Source: Ranitomeya imitator
Lineage: Eukaryota
NCBI RefSeq assembly: GCF_032444005.1
Contig: NC_091283.1
Span: forward strand, 33,046,001-33,110,000
Direction: 5' to 3'
Length of the DNA: 64,000 nt
The translations under genes and the position numbers were made by a program. Below the pieces are notes generated by a model, which had not been told where the DNA came from, did no database searches, and worked only from the letters and a program-made list of their open reading frames with translations. This document shows, piece after piece, positions 22,701-35,108 of this stretch (position 1 is its first letter; every line of letters starts with the position of its first letter).

Positions 22701-23163
22701 TGTTTAGAAATAAGCATTTTCCTCTCTGTCCTCAGTAAATGTAGGTCCTTGTCTAATATTTCCAGGAACCATCTTCATTCTCACACTCTGTAACTTGGCA
22801 TTTTTTTTTCTATTGGCGGTTTCCCTTCGTCAGCATTCTGCCAGCATTATGGGTGCTGGAACTATATCCCACTTGCTGTAAAGAGACAATGACCCATCTC
22901 CATTCCTGTAATCAAGCACGGGGGTCCGTGATCATTATCCTGTACATACATCAATGATTTAATTTTCCGTTGCACACCCCGCTTTCCTAGAGTCCTGGAA
23001 AAGCTGGGTGGGAGCCGTAACTTCAATTTTAAAATTAATTTTCCATAATCACAAACTCACTCAAGGACTCATATTTACTGTTCTTTTTATTTAAATAACT
23101 TGCTTTCTTTATGATAAACTCTGAACGGCCTGCGAGAAGAGAAGATAAGTGTGCCGCCCTTAA

Positions 23164-24059
23164 AGGGGTTGTCCCACGATTACAGCTTCTCACCCACCTC
23201 CTTGTAGATAAGTGTGCGATTGCATTGGGCTTCCTTTTCTGGGGCTCATGAGAACTGAGGGTCCCATTCATCATCTATGGGCAGAGTGCAGTGCTCGCTA
23301 CCTGAAAAGGTAGAATAGAGTGCAGCGCTCGCTTCCTGAAGAAGGGGCGGAATAGAGGGCAGCGCTCGCTACCTGAAAAGGTGGAATAGAGGGCAGCGCT
23401 CGCTACCTGAAGAAGGGGCGGAATAGAGGGCAGCGCTCGCTACCTGAAGAAGGGGCGGAATAGAGGGCAGCGCTCGCTACCTGAAAAAGGGGCGGAATAG
23501 AGGGCAGCGCTCGCTACCTGAAGAAGGGGCGGAATAGAGGGCAGCGCTCGCCACCTGAAGAAGGGGCGGAATAGAGGGCAGCGCTCGCCACCTGAAGAAG
23601 GGGCGGAATAGAGGGCAGCGCTCGCCACCTGAAGAAGGGGCGCAATAGAGGGCAGCGCTCGTCACCTGAAGAAGGGGCGGAATAGAGGGCAGCGCTCGCC
23701 ACCTGAAGAAGGGGCGGAATAGAGGGCAGCGCTCGCTACCTGAAAAGGTGGAATAGAGGGCAGCGCTCGCTACCTGAAGGGGCGGAAAAGGGGGCAGCGC
23801 TCGCTACCTGAAGGGGCGGAATAGAGATCAGCGCTCGCTACCTGAAGAAGGGGCGGAATAGAGGGCAGCGCTCGCTACCTGAAGAAGGGGCGGAATAGAG
23901 GGCAGCGCTCGCTACCTGAAGAAGGGGCGGAATAGAGGGCAGCGCTCGCTACCTGAAGATGGGGCGGAATAGAGGGCAGTGCTCCAAACACAGGGTTATG
24001 GCACCCCGGATCTTGCAGTCAATCAGAACTTTGTAAATTGTAATTTAGAGACAGCCCCT
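23164..24059. mobile_element. T2/Kolobok-type MITE carrying an internal minisatellite
   Basis: TTAA at 23160-23163 and 24060-24063; termini AGGGGTTGTC / GACAGCCCCT. Confidence 0.75.
23290..23982. repeat. 37-bp minisatellite (CTACCTGAAGAAGGGGCGGAATAGAGGGCAGCGCTCG), about 18 units
   Basis: 37-bp period (23440, 23477, 23514). Confidence 0.95.
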
Positions 24060-24668
24060 TTAATGGAGACTTTTTTGCATTTGCTGTTGGGAACAAAATT
24101 AATTTAAAATAGGACTAAAAAAAAAAAAAAAAAAGCAGAACTTATGTTTTATGTAAAAAGTTGAAAATCAAACTTTGTCCATGACTCGGATATGGAGAAG
24201 CAATCCTTACGGTAGGTCATTAGTATCAGATTGGAGGGGATGGGAGAGTTGGATTTTTCCACCAATCAGCTTGTGCAGAACAGCACGACTCCATACTCCG
24301 TCTAGTGGTCGTTCCTGGGTACTGTAGCTCCGAGCACATTCACTCCAGCAGGCGATGAGCTGCAGTACCGATAACGGTGACAGTGAACAGGACTGTGCAT
24401 TTCCAGCAGTCATGAGTCCAGATAACAGCTGATCAATAGAGGTCCGATACCTGCCCCCCACCACCACCCATCTGATGTGATGGTTATCAGTATCAAAGCC
24501 CTGGACGGCCTCTATAACGATGGATACTGGTAATATCAGCTGAAAGTTAAAAAAAAAAGTCTCAGATCTGGAATAAAGCTACAATGTTTGCAATAGTGTT
24601 AAACCTTTAAAACCACCATGTAGAAACATAAAAAAAAACTTTAGCAATTCCTCCAGTTCTCACACTGA

Positions 24669-25035
24669 CCACTAGAGGGCACTTGCAATGCAATGTTATA
24701 ATGGAGTGGAGAGGGTGTACTTATAATTGCTGCATTTTATTTTGGGGGTTTTCTGCATCTCCTTTCCCTGCTCCAGGCAGTAGCCAGATGATGTAGTGTG
24801 GATCATATTTTTTTTTTTAATATTATGTTTGAACAGTTTATAACCTGTGCTGATCATTGCCCGAATATTTTTTTTATAACAATTTTTTTTTTTTTTTTTT
24901 TAAATCTTATAACAGAAAGTAGTATAAACTAATTGTTATCATTGGCAGAATATTATACGGGTCAGAGCTGCCTTCAGATAAACCATAGTGTGGAAATAAC
25001 GTTGTGGCCTCCTGGAGCCACCACTAGGGGGAGCA
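24669..25035 (+). promoter_or_regulatory. Two candidate CTCF sites between the convergent 3' ends of genes 1 and 2
   Basis: CCACTAGAGGGCAC (24669-24682) and CCACTAGGGGGAGCA (25021-25035) match the CCASYAGRKGGCRS core, same orientation. Confidence 0.5.
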
Positions 25036-25786
25036 CGTTCTTGGAGCTGCGATGTCACTGTGTGCCTGTAGGGGGAGCTGTGAGCTTCATAAATGATGGG
25101 ATCTCCTTCCTTTCCGCACAGGGTCGGACTATGTTTCTGTATTGCATTTTTCTGTGGTTTGTGAGGCTGCCTTATGTTAAGCAGGGGCGGGGTCTTGTAG
25201 AAGGAGGATTTGACAATTTGCATTTTTTTTTTTGTAATTCTATTAAATCTGTAAAATGAAAAGTTGCTTAAAAATGTATTATTTTTTTGTAAGACTCCGC
25301 TTAAGACTTTTTGTAAGTAAAAGGTCCAATAAAATAAAAGTGAATCACTGGTCAGAAGTGAAGGGTCCGCCGTCTTTCTCTTGTGGTTCTTGTTGGGGGC
25401 CGCGATTATGCAGAGGGCAGTGATTAACAGTCTGATAACCGCTCCGATCTCGGCTCTTTGTGATCAGTTTCCTACCAAAACATTAACACTAGGAAACCAC
25501 AGTACCAGTATCATCCATATCCCTCGCAGAATAAAACTGCTTTTGGGTCACTGATCAGTCTATGGCCAGGAACTCGCCCAATTCCTTTGCTCTATAACCT
25601 GCCACCGACTCTTCTTTAATGGGATGCTCCACTTCAGCAGCATTCTGCCAGCACTATATGTGCTGGACGTTTATGCAACTTCTCAGCATTTAACGTGGCT
25701 GTCATTGTCCAATGGTTTACCTGTCCTGAACTGAAAGCTGACTCTGGTCTGCTTCTATTCAGTTTGGCAAGAGAGCAAATAATAAG

Positions 25787-26780
25787 CCCCACCCCTGCTT
25801 CCTGTACAGTCCAACCCCCACTTCCTGTAGAGACTAAGCCCCACCTCCACTTCCTGTAGAGATTAAGCTCCACCCCCACTTATTGTAAAGTGCAGCCCCC
25901 GCTTCCTGTAGACAGCCCAACCGCCACTTCCTGTAGAGACTAAGCTCCACCCCCCGCTTCCTGTAAAGTCCAACCCCCACTTCCTGTAGACAGACTAAGC
26001 CCCACCCCTGCTTCCTGTAAAGTCCAACCCCTACTTCCTGTAGACAGACTAAGCCCCACCCCTGCTTACTGTAGAGACCCTCCCCTGCTTCCTGTAAATA
26101 CAAAGCCCCATCCCAGCTTCCTGTAAAGTCCAACCCCCACTTCCTGTAGACAAAGCCCCACCCCTGCTTCCGGTAAAGTCCAACCCCCACTTCCTGTAGA
26201 CAGGCTAAGCCCCACCCCTGCTAACTGTAGAGACCCTCCCCTGCTTCCTGTAGATACAAAGTCCAACCCCCACTTCCTGTACAGACTAAGCCCCACCCCT
26301 GCTTCCTGTAAAGTCCAACCCCCACTTCCTGTAGACAAAGCCCCACCCCTGCTTCCTGTAAAGTCCAACCCCCACTTCCTGTAGACAGGCTAAGCCCCAC
26401 CCCTGCTTACTGTAGAGACCCTCCCCTGCTTCCTGTAGATACAAAGCCCCACCCCTGCTTCCTGTAAAGTCCAACCCCCACTTCCTGTAGACAGGCTAAG
26501 CCCCACCCCTGCTTACTGTAGAGACCCTCCCCTGCTTCCTGTAGATACAAAGCCCCACCCCTGCTTCCTGTAAAGTCCAACCCCCACTTCCTGTAGACAG
26601 ACTAAGCCCCACCCCTGCTTCCTGTAAAGTCCAACCCCCACTTCCTGTAGACAAAGCCCCACCCCTGCTTCCTGTAAAGTCCAACCCCCACTTCCTGTAG
26701 ACAGGCTAAGCCCCACCCCTGCTTCCTGTAGAGACCCTCCCCTGCTTCCTGTAGATACAAAGCCCCACCCCCGCTTCCTG
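25787..26780. repeat. Compound 25-30-bp minisatellite (CCCCAC...CTTCCTGTA...)
   Basis: Recurring CCCCACTTCCTGTAG / CCCCTGCTTCCTGTA units; 210-220-bp higher-order period (26066, 26286, 26496). Confidence 0.9.
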
Positions 26781-27955
26781 TATCTGTCGCTGCAGCTAGA
26801 GATGGCGCACACTTGACAACAGGCAGTGGACCATAAGACTAAGCAGAGGAACATGGTGGTTGGGGTGTTGGAGGGATTTTCCGGGGTGAGGCAACATAAG
26901 TCTTAAATAGTGATTTGCCCATTAAGTATCCTGGACACTGCTTGTCATGGAAAGTGCAACATCAAGAAGGAAAAGTTGTGGATTTCACAGGATGGGGAGA
27001 GGACAATGATCTGCAACTGAGGAACAAAATGGAAACATTTGCAAATCTCTAGCTATATCCAGTCTGGAGAAGGAGACACATGCAGGCATTTCCAGCCTCG
27101 GCTGTTGTCACCGAGGTCCTTAATGGTCGTCTGTGGAAGGTTCTGAGCTGAATGCACTTGGGCAAATCATCAAGATCCTCTGCTGGCAGCTTCTGTGTAA
27201 TCCTGGCGTTACCCTTCCTTGCGAGATTATGGCGCTCTCCGCCTTTAGTCAAGCTCTTTCCGCCTGCTACTTATCCTCGACTATACTGCTACTCCCGGGT
27301 ACCGACCCCTGGCTATTCCTGACCACGCTACCTGCCCGTGCAGCCGCGAGTGGTTGCAATACCGCTACTCCAAACCAGGTCAGTCCATAACAGTGTGGCA
27401 ATCTAGAAGAAAAAATAATCTGAGAAATTATGCAAATATCCCTCTCCTTCCGGCTATGTTCCCACAGACTTAGACTTTTTTTTGGAGGCATTCAGAGAAA
27501 CTGGCTAATTTTGGAACATTTACTTTTTTGGAGAGTTATTAGATCCATAAAGTTTTTTGGAATCTTCCCCCCCGCCTAAAGATTTTTCAGAGCATTTTGA
27601 TTGGACGATGCCAAGTATGGAGCAGATTCCATGAGGAGCCGCTCTGAAGACGGGATATGCTATTTTTTTTTTTTCCCTTCCCCACCAGCCGTTTTGCAAA
27701 ACCTTAAGCAGAAACATAAAATGCTCAAAAGATGGAATTTCTGACCATGAAGGGGTTTTTACACTGGAAGTGATGAGTCTTCCAAGAGCTTTTACACAAT
27801 TTTTGAGGTGGATCAACTCCAAAAACCTTCCGTTTGCAGAGAACCTTGCATCACCGGGTCATTGTTTCCTGCCTGTGATCTACCTACTTGGGTAACTATT
27901 CCCGTTTACCCCACGTCCCCTCTCGATGATACAACACACGGTCATTTACCATTAT

Positions 27956-27961
27956 TTTATT
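27956..27961 (-). promoter_or_regulatory. Candidate poly(A) signal of gene 2
   Basis: AATAAA on the minus strand about 290 nt downstream of the gene 2 stop. Confidence 0.4.
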
Positions 27962-28253
27962 TTGTATCTTTGGAACAGAAACCGTGATTAACACTGAAAA
28001 AAAAAATCCAAAAGGAATCGAGACCCTTCTGAAAAAACATCAAGTAATTGTTGATGCATCCCAGAACCTTTGTGGCTTCTCCAGACCATTCAGCCGTGGA
28101 CCACCAGGCTTCTGGTAGAGAAGATACCATACTACTGTCTAGTCTACTCATCGCCAGCTCTTCAAGGACCTCCAAGCAGAGCCATCATTACACAGAATTC
28201 CACATCGAGGCATCTCGTCCCCGCTCTCCCAACGAGCAGCCACCGTCGGTCCG

Positions 28254-28942
28254 CTAGGAGTTGACGTGGACTCTCCGTTTATGTTTGTTGAGAGCTGCGT
28301 TGTCCAGGAAACACTTCTCGCACTGGGGGCAGGCGAACGGCTTCTCTCCGGTGTGTGACATCTCGTGTCTCAGCATGGTGGCTTTACAGATAAACCCTCT
28401 CTCGCAATGTTTGCAGGTGTACGGCTTCTCCCCAGAATGCAATCGTTTGTGGACCACCAAGTTGGCGTTTTGGCAGTAACTCTTGCCGCACTCGTTGCAC
28501 ATGTAAGGTTTCTTCTCGGCGTGGATCCCGGAGTGCTTGACCACGCTCGATTGTCTAGTGAATCTTCTCCCGCAAACCGGACACGAGTACGGCTTCTCTT
28601 TGGTGTGGACTACCTTGTGGAGCACTAGATGGGAATGGTTCGTGAATTTCCGTCCACACTCCGCACAGGAGAACGGTCTCTCCCCGGTGTGGATCCGTAG
28701 GTGGGCTTCCACATGATTCCTGCAGGAAAACCTCTTTCCGCACGTAGGACATGGAAACGCCTTCTCCCCAAAGTGAAGTTTCAGGTGACGGCTGAGAGAC
28801 GACTTGCTGGCGAATCTTTTTCTGCACAGTCCACATGGAGAAGTCTTCGCTCCTGACTTTGATTTTCGGCATCTTTTATCGGTAACTGTTAATTGGTAGA
28901 TGATTTCTGATTTCACAGTCGGATCTTTGATGAAGTCATTAT
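28254..28942 (-). CDS. ZNF gene 2, last coding exon with 7 C2H2 fingers
   Basis: Acceptor poly-T-CTACCAG|AT (phase 1, DNDFIK...); seven CxxC-12-HxxxH fingers with TGEKP-type linkers; stop at 28254. Confidence 0.93.
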
Positions 28943-29395
28943 CTGGTAGAAAAAAAAAAAAAAACAAAGAGAGAAGAACGAACGGTTTATTCTCCGCCAC
29001 CATCTGAATAATTATTTCGGAATGATGACAAAACGAGCCCTCTAGGTGGAAGGGACCCCGTTATTCATTGTGGAGGACCCAGCGTGTCCATGCATTACAC
29101 AAATGGCAAATTTACTTCATGTGATGCTTAAAGGGATTGTCCACAACTTTGATATTGCTGGTCTATCCTCAGGATTGGCCGTAGATATCAGATAGGTAGG
29201 GGCAGACACCCAACACTCCCACCGATCAGCAGCCATCAGCTCCTCTGGTGACTGTGAACAAGGTACGGAGTAGTGTTCTGGCCGTTCTCAGGATCTGGAG
29301 GTCAACTTCTATTGAAGTCAATGGGAGGTGGACTGAAGGATCAGAGAACGGTCACGAGAAAGTGCGTAGAGCTGTGGTGAGATGGCACCATACAC

Positions 29396-29578
29396 CAGAG
29401 GTGTCAAACTGCATTCCTCGAGGGCTGCAAACAGGTCATGTTTTCAGGATTTCCTTGCGTTGCACAGGTGATAATTTAATCACCTGCACAGAATGATTCC
29501 ATCACCTGTGCAATACTAAGGAAATCCTGAAAACATGACCTGTTTGCAGCCCTCGAGGAATGCAGTTTGACACCTCTG
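29396..29578. mobile_element. hAT-type MITE (183 bp), related to 1890-2051
   Basis: TIR CAGAGGTGTCAAAC / GTTTGACACCTCTG; 8-bp TSD CCATACAC; shares the inner CATGTTTTCAGGATTTCCTT core with the 1890 element. Confidence 0.9.
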
Positions 29579-29592
29579 CCATACACCATATA

Positions 29593-31204
29593 CAGGTCCT
29601 TCTCAAAAAATTAGCATATAGTGTTAAATTTCATTGTTTACCATAATGTAATGATTACAATTAAATTTTCATATATTATAGATTCATTATCCACCAACTG
29701 AAATTTGTCAGGTCTTTTATTGTTTTAATACTGATGATTTTGGCATACAACTCCTGATAACCTAAAAAACCTGTCTCAATAAATTAGCATATCAAGAAAA
29801 GGTTCTCTAAACGACCTATTACCCTAATCTTCTGAATCAACTAATTAACTCTAAACACATGCAAAAGATACCTGAGGCTTTTATAAACTCCCTGCCTGGT
29901 TCATTACTCAAAACCCCCATCATGGGTAAGACTAGCGACCTGACAGATGTCAAGAAGGCCATCATTGACACCCTCAAGCAAGAGGGTAAGACCCAGAAAG
30001 AAATTTCTCAACAAATAGGCTGTTCCCAGAGTGCTGTATCAAGGCACCTCAATGGTAAGTCTGTTGGAAGGAAACAATGTGGCAGAAAACGCTGTACAAC
30101 GAGAAGAGGAGACCGGACCCTGAGGAAGATTGTGGAGAAGGAGCGATTCCAGACCTTGGGGAACCTGAGGAAGCAGTGGACTGAGTCTGGTGTGGAAACA
30201 TCCAGAGCCACCGTGCACAGGCGTGTGCAGGAAATGGGCTACAGGTGCCGCATTCCCCAGGTAAAGCCACTTTTGAACCATAAACAGCGGCAGAGGCGCC
30301 TGACCTGGGCTACAGAGAAGCAGCACTGGACTGTTGCTAAGTGGTCCCAAGTACTTTTTTCTGATGAAAGCAAATTTTGCATGTCATTCGGAAATCAAGG
30401 TGCCAGAGTCTGGAGGAAGACTGGGGAGAAGGAAATGCCAAAATGCCTGAAGTCCAGTGTCAAGTACCCACAGTCAGTGATGGTGTGGGGTGCCATGTCA
30501 GCTGCTGGTGTTGGTCCACTGTGTTTCATCAAGGGCAGGGTCAATGCAGCTAGCTATCAGGAGATTTTGGAGCACTTCATGCTTCCATCGGCTGAAATGC
30601 TTTATGGAGATGAAGATTTCATTTTTCAGCACGACCTGGCACCTGCTCACAGTGCCAAAACCACTGGTAAATGGTTTACTGACCATGGTATTACTGTGCT
30701 CAATTGGCCTGCCAACTCTCCTGACCTGAACCCCATAGAGAATCTGTGGGATATTGTGAAGAGAAAGTTGAGAGACGCAAGACCCAACACTCTGGATGAG
30801 CTTAAGGCCGCTATTGAAGCATCCTGGGCCTCCATAACATCTCAGCAGTGTCACAGGCTGATTGCCTCCATGCCACGCCGCATTGAAGCAGTCATTTCTG
30901 CCAAAGGATTCCCCACCAAGTATTGAGTGCATAACTGAACATTATTATTTGTTGGTTTTTTTGTTTGTTATTAAAAAACACTTTTATTTGATTGGATGGG
31001 TGAAATATGCTAATTTATTGAGACAGGTTTTTTGGGTTATCAGGAGTTGTATGCCAAAATCATCAGTATTAAAACAATAAAAGACCTGACAAATTTCAGT
31101 TGGTGGATAATGAATCTATAATATATGAAAGTTTAATTGTAATCATTACATTATGGTAAATAATGAAATGTAACACTATATGCTAATTTTTTGAGAAGGA
31201 CCTG
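29593..31204 (+). mobile_element. Full-length Tc1 transposon (1612 bp, 200-bp TIRs, TA TSD)
   Basis: TA|CAGGTCCTTCTC...GAGAAGGACCTG|TA; TIRs 29593-29792 and 31005-31204, 4 mismatches by eye; AAATTAGCATAT at both ends of each TIR (IR/DR type). Confidence 0.96.
29922..30926 (+). CDS. Tc1-family DD34E transposase, uninterrupted (334 aa)
   Basis: MGKTSDL... paired-like [25 protein letters not shown] with 34 residues between the second D and E; the ORF-track start at 29859 is an upstream alternative. Confidence 0.93.
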   Translation: MGKTSDLTDVKKAIIDTLKQEGKTQKEISQQIGCSQSAVSRHLNGKSVGRKQCGRKRCTTRRGDRTLRKIVEKERFQTLGNLRKQWTESGVETSRATVHRRVQEMGYRCRIPQVKPLLNHKQRQRRLTWATEKQHWTVAKWSQVLFSDESKFCMSFGNQGARVWRKTGEKEMPKCLKSSVKYPQSVMVWGAMSAAGVGPLCFIKGRVNAASYQEILEHFMLPSAEMLYGDEDFIFQHDLAPAHSAKTTGKWFTDHGITVLNWPANSPDLNPIENLWDIVKRKLRDARPNTLDELKAAIEASWASITSQQCHRLIASMPRRIEAVISAKGFPTKY

Positions 31205-31711
31205 TATGTCTGGCCGGTGCTGCACACAGATTTTGGCACCAGATGTTGGACCCCAACTAATCGGATTCCATATTTAAATTTCCCCCGTGTGGTTGTAGGC
31301 AAAGTAAACAGAAGTGGCTGGTGGTGCAGGTCATCGGATACCTCCCATCTATATCCCACCCCAGATACAGATATTTTACCTAGTGCGGTCAGCCGAGCAT
31401 TGAAGATGTCATCAGGCTTCTCAGAGATGTGACTTATGACAGAAGACAGACATGGAGGAGAACCTAAAGGGTCAAAACAGCAATGGTTACGTACAAGTTG
31501 CTCGTCCGTCTGACAACCATCTATCATTGCCCTAGAGGTGGCCATGGTCAGGCACCAAATCTCTCCAAGAATGACAGGATCAGGAAATTATAATCCAACG
31601 GCCCGATCCTCAACTCCCAACATCCGCCATCAGGACGAGTCGGGAGACCCCCATACACATTAGATGCCAGTGCTGCTAAACATCTCATGAGTACGACCCC
31701 CAATACTTAAC

Positions 31712-31798
31712 CTGTTTGGATTCTGTCCGCTGCCTCATAGTCGCCATCTCCAGTCTCAGACTTCACACGACACGGGGGTAGACATGTCAGCTGGACTT
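31712..31798 (-). CDS. ZNF gene 2, coding exon 5 (EVQLTCLPPCRVKSETGDGDYEAADRIQT)
   Basis: Acceptor CATTCTGATTTTTAG|, donor CAG|GTTAAG; 87 nt open, phase 1-1. Confidence 0.65.
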
Positions 31799-32148
31799 CT
31801 AAAAATCAGAATGATGGAACATATCAGCGGAGCGGGTCTCCCGGGTCATAGGTATCCCTTCTAACTAAAAGGGTAGAAAAAAAAAAAGAAACAATTCAAT
31901 ACACCAAATAATGAATTTTTGAGGTCCACTGTTCACGTTCCTCACGCTTGGCCAGAAAGACGTCTCTCGCTCTGTAGGACCCGTCCTGTATTATAGGCCG
32001 TTGATATGAATGGGCACTGATGCATCAGGACGGGGCTCAGGAGATAGCCAAGGCGCCCAGGACTCCAGCCACAAAAGTGAAGGCTGGCCAGATCAGGCGA
32101 CTTTCTCCTCAGCTCTAATCTTCCCCTTTTCTTGCTCTTCAGCCTTAC

Positions 32149-32238
32149 CCTCATACTCTCTGGTGTCCGGCTCCTCTTTAATTTGACGCTGGGCCGAGAC
32201 ACTCTGCTCAATGTCCTGGTGGTTCATGGAAAGAAGTT
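32149..32238 (-). CDS. ZNF gene 2, coding exon 4 (ELLSMNHQDIEQSVSAQRQIKEEPDTREYE)
   Basis: Acceptor CCCTTTCATCTCCTGCAG|, donor GAGG|GTAAGG; 90 nt, phase 1-1; IKEE motif. Confidence 0.78.
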
Positions 32239-32668
32239 CTGCAGGAGATGAAAGGGTAGTCTCAAAATCAAAACTCATCGCCCATTGATCTTTCTAGTCA
32301 AGTATGGTGGGCTGGGACCTCAAGGGATTACTAGACCCTGTGGTGTCGGTGAATGTGCCCTCCGCTCCATTTACTCCCTATGGGACTGACTGATAGCTAA
32401 GCGCTGCAATCTCCATCAGTCCTATAGACAATGAATCCTTAGAAACCCCCATGGGACCCCCGCAATCAGAAACGCATCACAAGAATAGATGATCCGTTTC
32501 AGATTTGGGACCATAAATTTTAACAGGTATTACTTGGTGACCATTTCTATACAGGTACATTGAGATGAAAAACTCCTTTAAGTAATATGTTCCTCATCAA
32601 GCCGTCTTAGAAGCTGGACCCTGGCTTCCACACCCGCAGGCTTCCGGACCCCACACCCGCAGGCCCAC

Positions 32669-32777
32669 CTTTGGCTTCGCCCGGTCGCTTGTAGTCGTAA
32701 TGCTCTCTGTGTCCTTCCAGATATTCCCATTCTTCCTTGGAGAAATATACCGCCACATCCTGACACTTTAAGGGCAC
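32669..32777 (-). CDS. ZNF gene 2, coding exon 3 (KRAB-A-like VPLKCQDVAVYFSKEEWEYLEGHR...)
   Basis: Acceptor GCATTTCAG|, DVAVYFSxEEW motif, donor AAAG|GTGGGC; 109 nt, phase 0-1. Confidence 0.85.
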
Positions 32778-33120
32778 CTGAAATGCAAGCAGAACGATGG
32801 GAACGGCTGTGAAGGGTTTTGCCCCGAGGGTACAGTACACGTTATCTGTGATCGCTGAAGGTCTGATTAATGGACTCCCATTGACGGCAAAAAAAAACAA
32901 CAAAAAAAAAAAAAACAAGTAAGCTTTCCAAGAGGAGCAAAGGTTGAGTGGTTGAATGGTTGCTCCATTCATTCTTTACGAGACCACCAAACAAGGGTCA
33001 GACCCCCGGCAACCGATAAGGGATAGATGGAAATATTTGGTTCTTTTAGAGAAGGAGGCGTCCATCTTTGGACAATCATTTAAATGGCTTTTTAGAATCC
33101 TCTTGCCCCGATTTCCCCAC

Positions 33121-33318
33121 CTCACATGTCAGCAGCCGGATCATCCGATTGGTCAGCTCCAGGATCTTCTTCCGATTTTGGTCCTCTATTCCTAGAAGGG
33201 TGAATGAGAGATCCGATGGCGTCGCCGCAGAGTCCGGGCCGTCGTCGTGAACGTCCGCCGTGCGGAGGCTGTAGACGCAGTCGTTTCCATCGACCTCTCT
33301 CTTCACAAGAATATAATC
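33121..33318 (-). CDS. ZNF gene 2, coding exon 2 (DYILVKRE...KKILELTNRMIRLLTCE)
   Basis: Acceptor CTCTCTCTCCAG|, donor GAG|GTGGGG; 198 nt, phase 0-0; second copy of the helical module. Confidence 0.87.
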
Positions 33319-33459
33319 CTGGAGAGAGAGCGCGAGACACAGAACTACTGACCGACAATCTGTAGGGGGGCACAACAAGCGACCGGCGTTCATGGGAGAC
33401 ATGGATATAGGATACACACAGCAGGACGAAACCCGGCTGTGTACGGCACAGGAGATCGG

Positions 33460-34051
33460 GTGATCGCAGCTCCAAGTCCCCAAAGGGGACTATTCAATAA
33501 GGTAAAAAACAAACAAAAAAAAAAAAAAAACATACAAATCACCCCAGTTTTGCTCCATTTAAAAATAAATTCACATTTGTTATCGCTGCATTCAGAATCG
33601 CCCGATCTATCAAAATATAAAGTATCATTACCATCACCCGACCCCAGATCATTAAAAATGGAGACGCTACTGGTCTCCGAAAATGGCAACAAAAGCAAAA
33701 ATGTTTTCATCATACACAATTTTGGATCTTTTTCATAACTCAAATAAAACTAAAAAAAATTCCTACACGTTTGGTATTTGCAAGCTGACCAGAGGAATGA
33801 TAGTGCCGGGTCAGTTTTACCAGACAGTGAACATGGTAAATAAAAACCCAAAAATCGGTTGTGGGATTGCACTTTTTTGTTTTTTTGCAATTTCACAGTT
33901 TTTCAATGCACTTTATAGTAAAACCAATGGTGCCGTTCAAAAGTACAACTCGTTCCGCAAAAAACAAGCCCTCACATGGCCATATTGCCGGAAAAATAAA
34001 AAAAAGTTACGGCCCTGGGAAGGGGAGCGAAAAATGAAAAATCTCCAAGGG
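33460..34051. mobile_element. Truncated AT-rich non-autonomous TTAA element (right end)
   Basis: Ends AAGGG|TTAA (34052-34055), same terminus type as 1-388; no matching left end found. Confidence 0.45.
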
Positions 34052-34299
34052 TTAAGAGGTTAAGAGTTCCTTCTCCGCCAATTCTGGAACAGTTTTTCTT
34101 AGTCTCCGTTCCAATGTTATTACCCCCGATAATAATTATGCAAATTTAGTGTTTAATTAACTTTATGTAAACCACTGTCAGCGAGCTAGCTCTGCCGGGA
34201 GCGTCAGTAACTCTTACCTTCCTTCTTCCGAGCTCTTCTCAGCTGATACGTGGTCTCAGAGATCAGCTGAGAGGATGTAAACTCTTCCAGCAGAATGAG

Positions 34300-34924
34300 C
34301 TCACCGATGGTTTCTCAGCCATCTCACTCTGCGGTCACCGATGGTTTCTCAGCCATCTCACTCTGCGGTCACCGATGGTTTCTCAGCCATCTCACTCTGC
34401 AATCACCGATGGTCTCTCAGCCATCTCACTCTGCGGTCACCGATGGTTTCTCAGTCATCTCACTCTGCGGTCACCGATGGTCTCTCAGTCATCTCACTGT
34501 GCAATCACCGATGGTTTCTCAGTCATCTCACTCTGCAATCACCGATGGTTTCTCAGCCATCTCACTCTGCGGTCACCGATGGTTTCTCAGCCATCTCACT
34601 CTGCGGTCACCGATGGTTTCTCAGCCATCTCACTCTGCGGTCACCGATGGTTTCTCAGTCATCTCACTCTGCAATCACCGATGGTCTCTCAGCCATCTCA
34701 CTCTGCGGTCACCGATGGTCTCTCAGTCATCTCACTCTGCAATCACCGATGGTTTCTCAGTCATCTCACTCTGCAATCACCGATGGTTTCTCAGCCATCT
34801 CATGGTTTCTCAGTCATCTCACTCTGCAGTCACTGAAGGTTTCTCAGTCATCTCACTCTGCAATCACCGATGGTTTCTCAGCCATCTCACTCTGCGGTCA
34901 CTGATGGTTTCTCAGTCATCTCAC
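34300..34924. repeat. 34-bp minisatellite (CCGATGGTTTCTCAGCCATCTCACTCTGCGGTCA), about 18 units
   Basis: 34-bp period (34341 vs 34375). Confidence 0.95.
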
Positions 34925-35108
34925 ATTGCAGGCAGGTATATACAGGGCAGTACAGAAAGGTTTTTGATAAGATGCAAATTTTTTTTTTTATATATAATAT
35001 ATATATATATATATAAATACATGAATTTAAGAATGAATATAATCTCCCCCCCTTTGTCATACACAGTCAGAGGGGCCGAGCGATCCCGGGACGGTAATGG
35101 CTCCTCAC

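Noticed and set aside
27050-27280. Possible Tc1 N-terminal relic (GERHNLARKGNARIT, minus strand)
   Set aside because: Similarity is too weak and short, with no termini, to call by eye.
30008-30932. Short overlapping or antisense ORFs inside the Tc1 elements (also 47779-48822)
   Set aside because: Shadow ORFs of the transposase.
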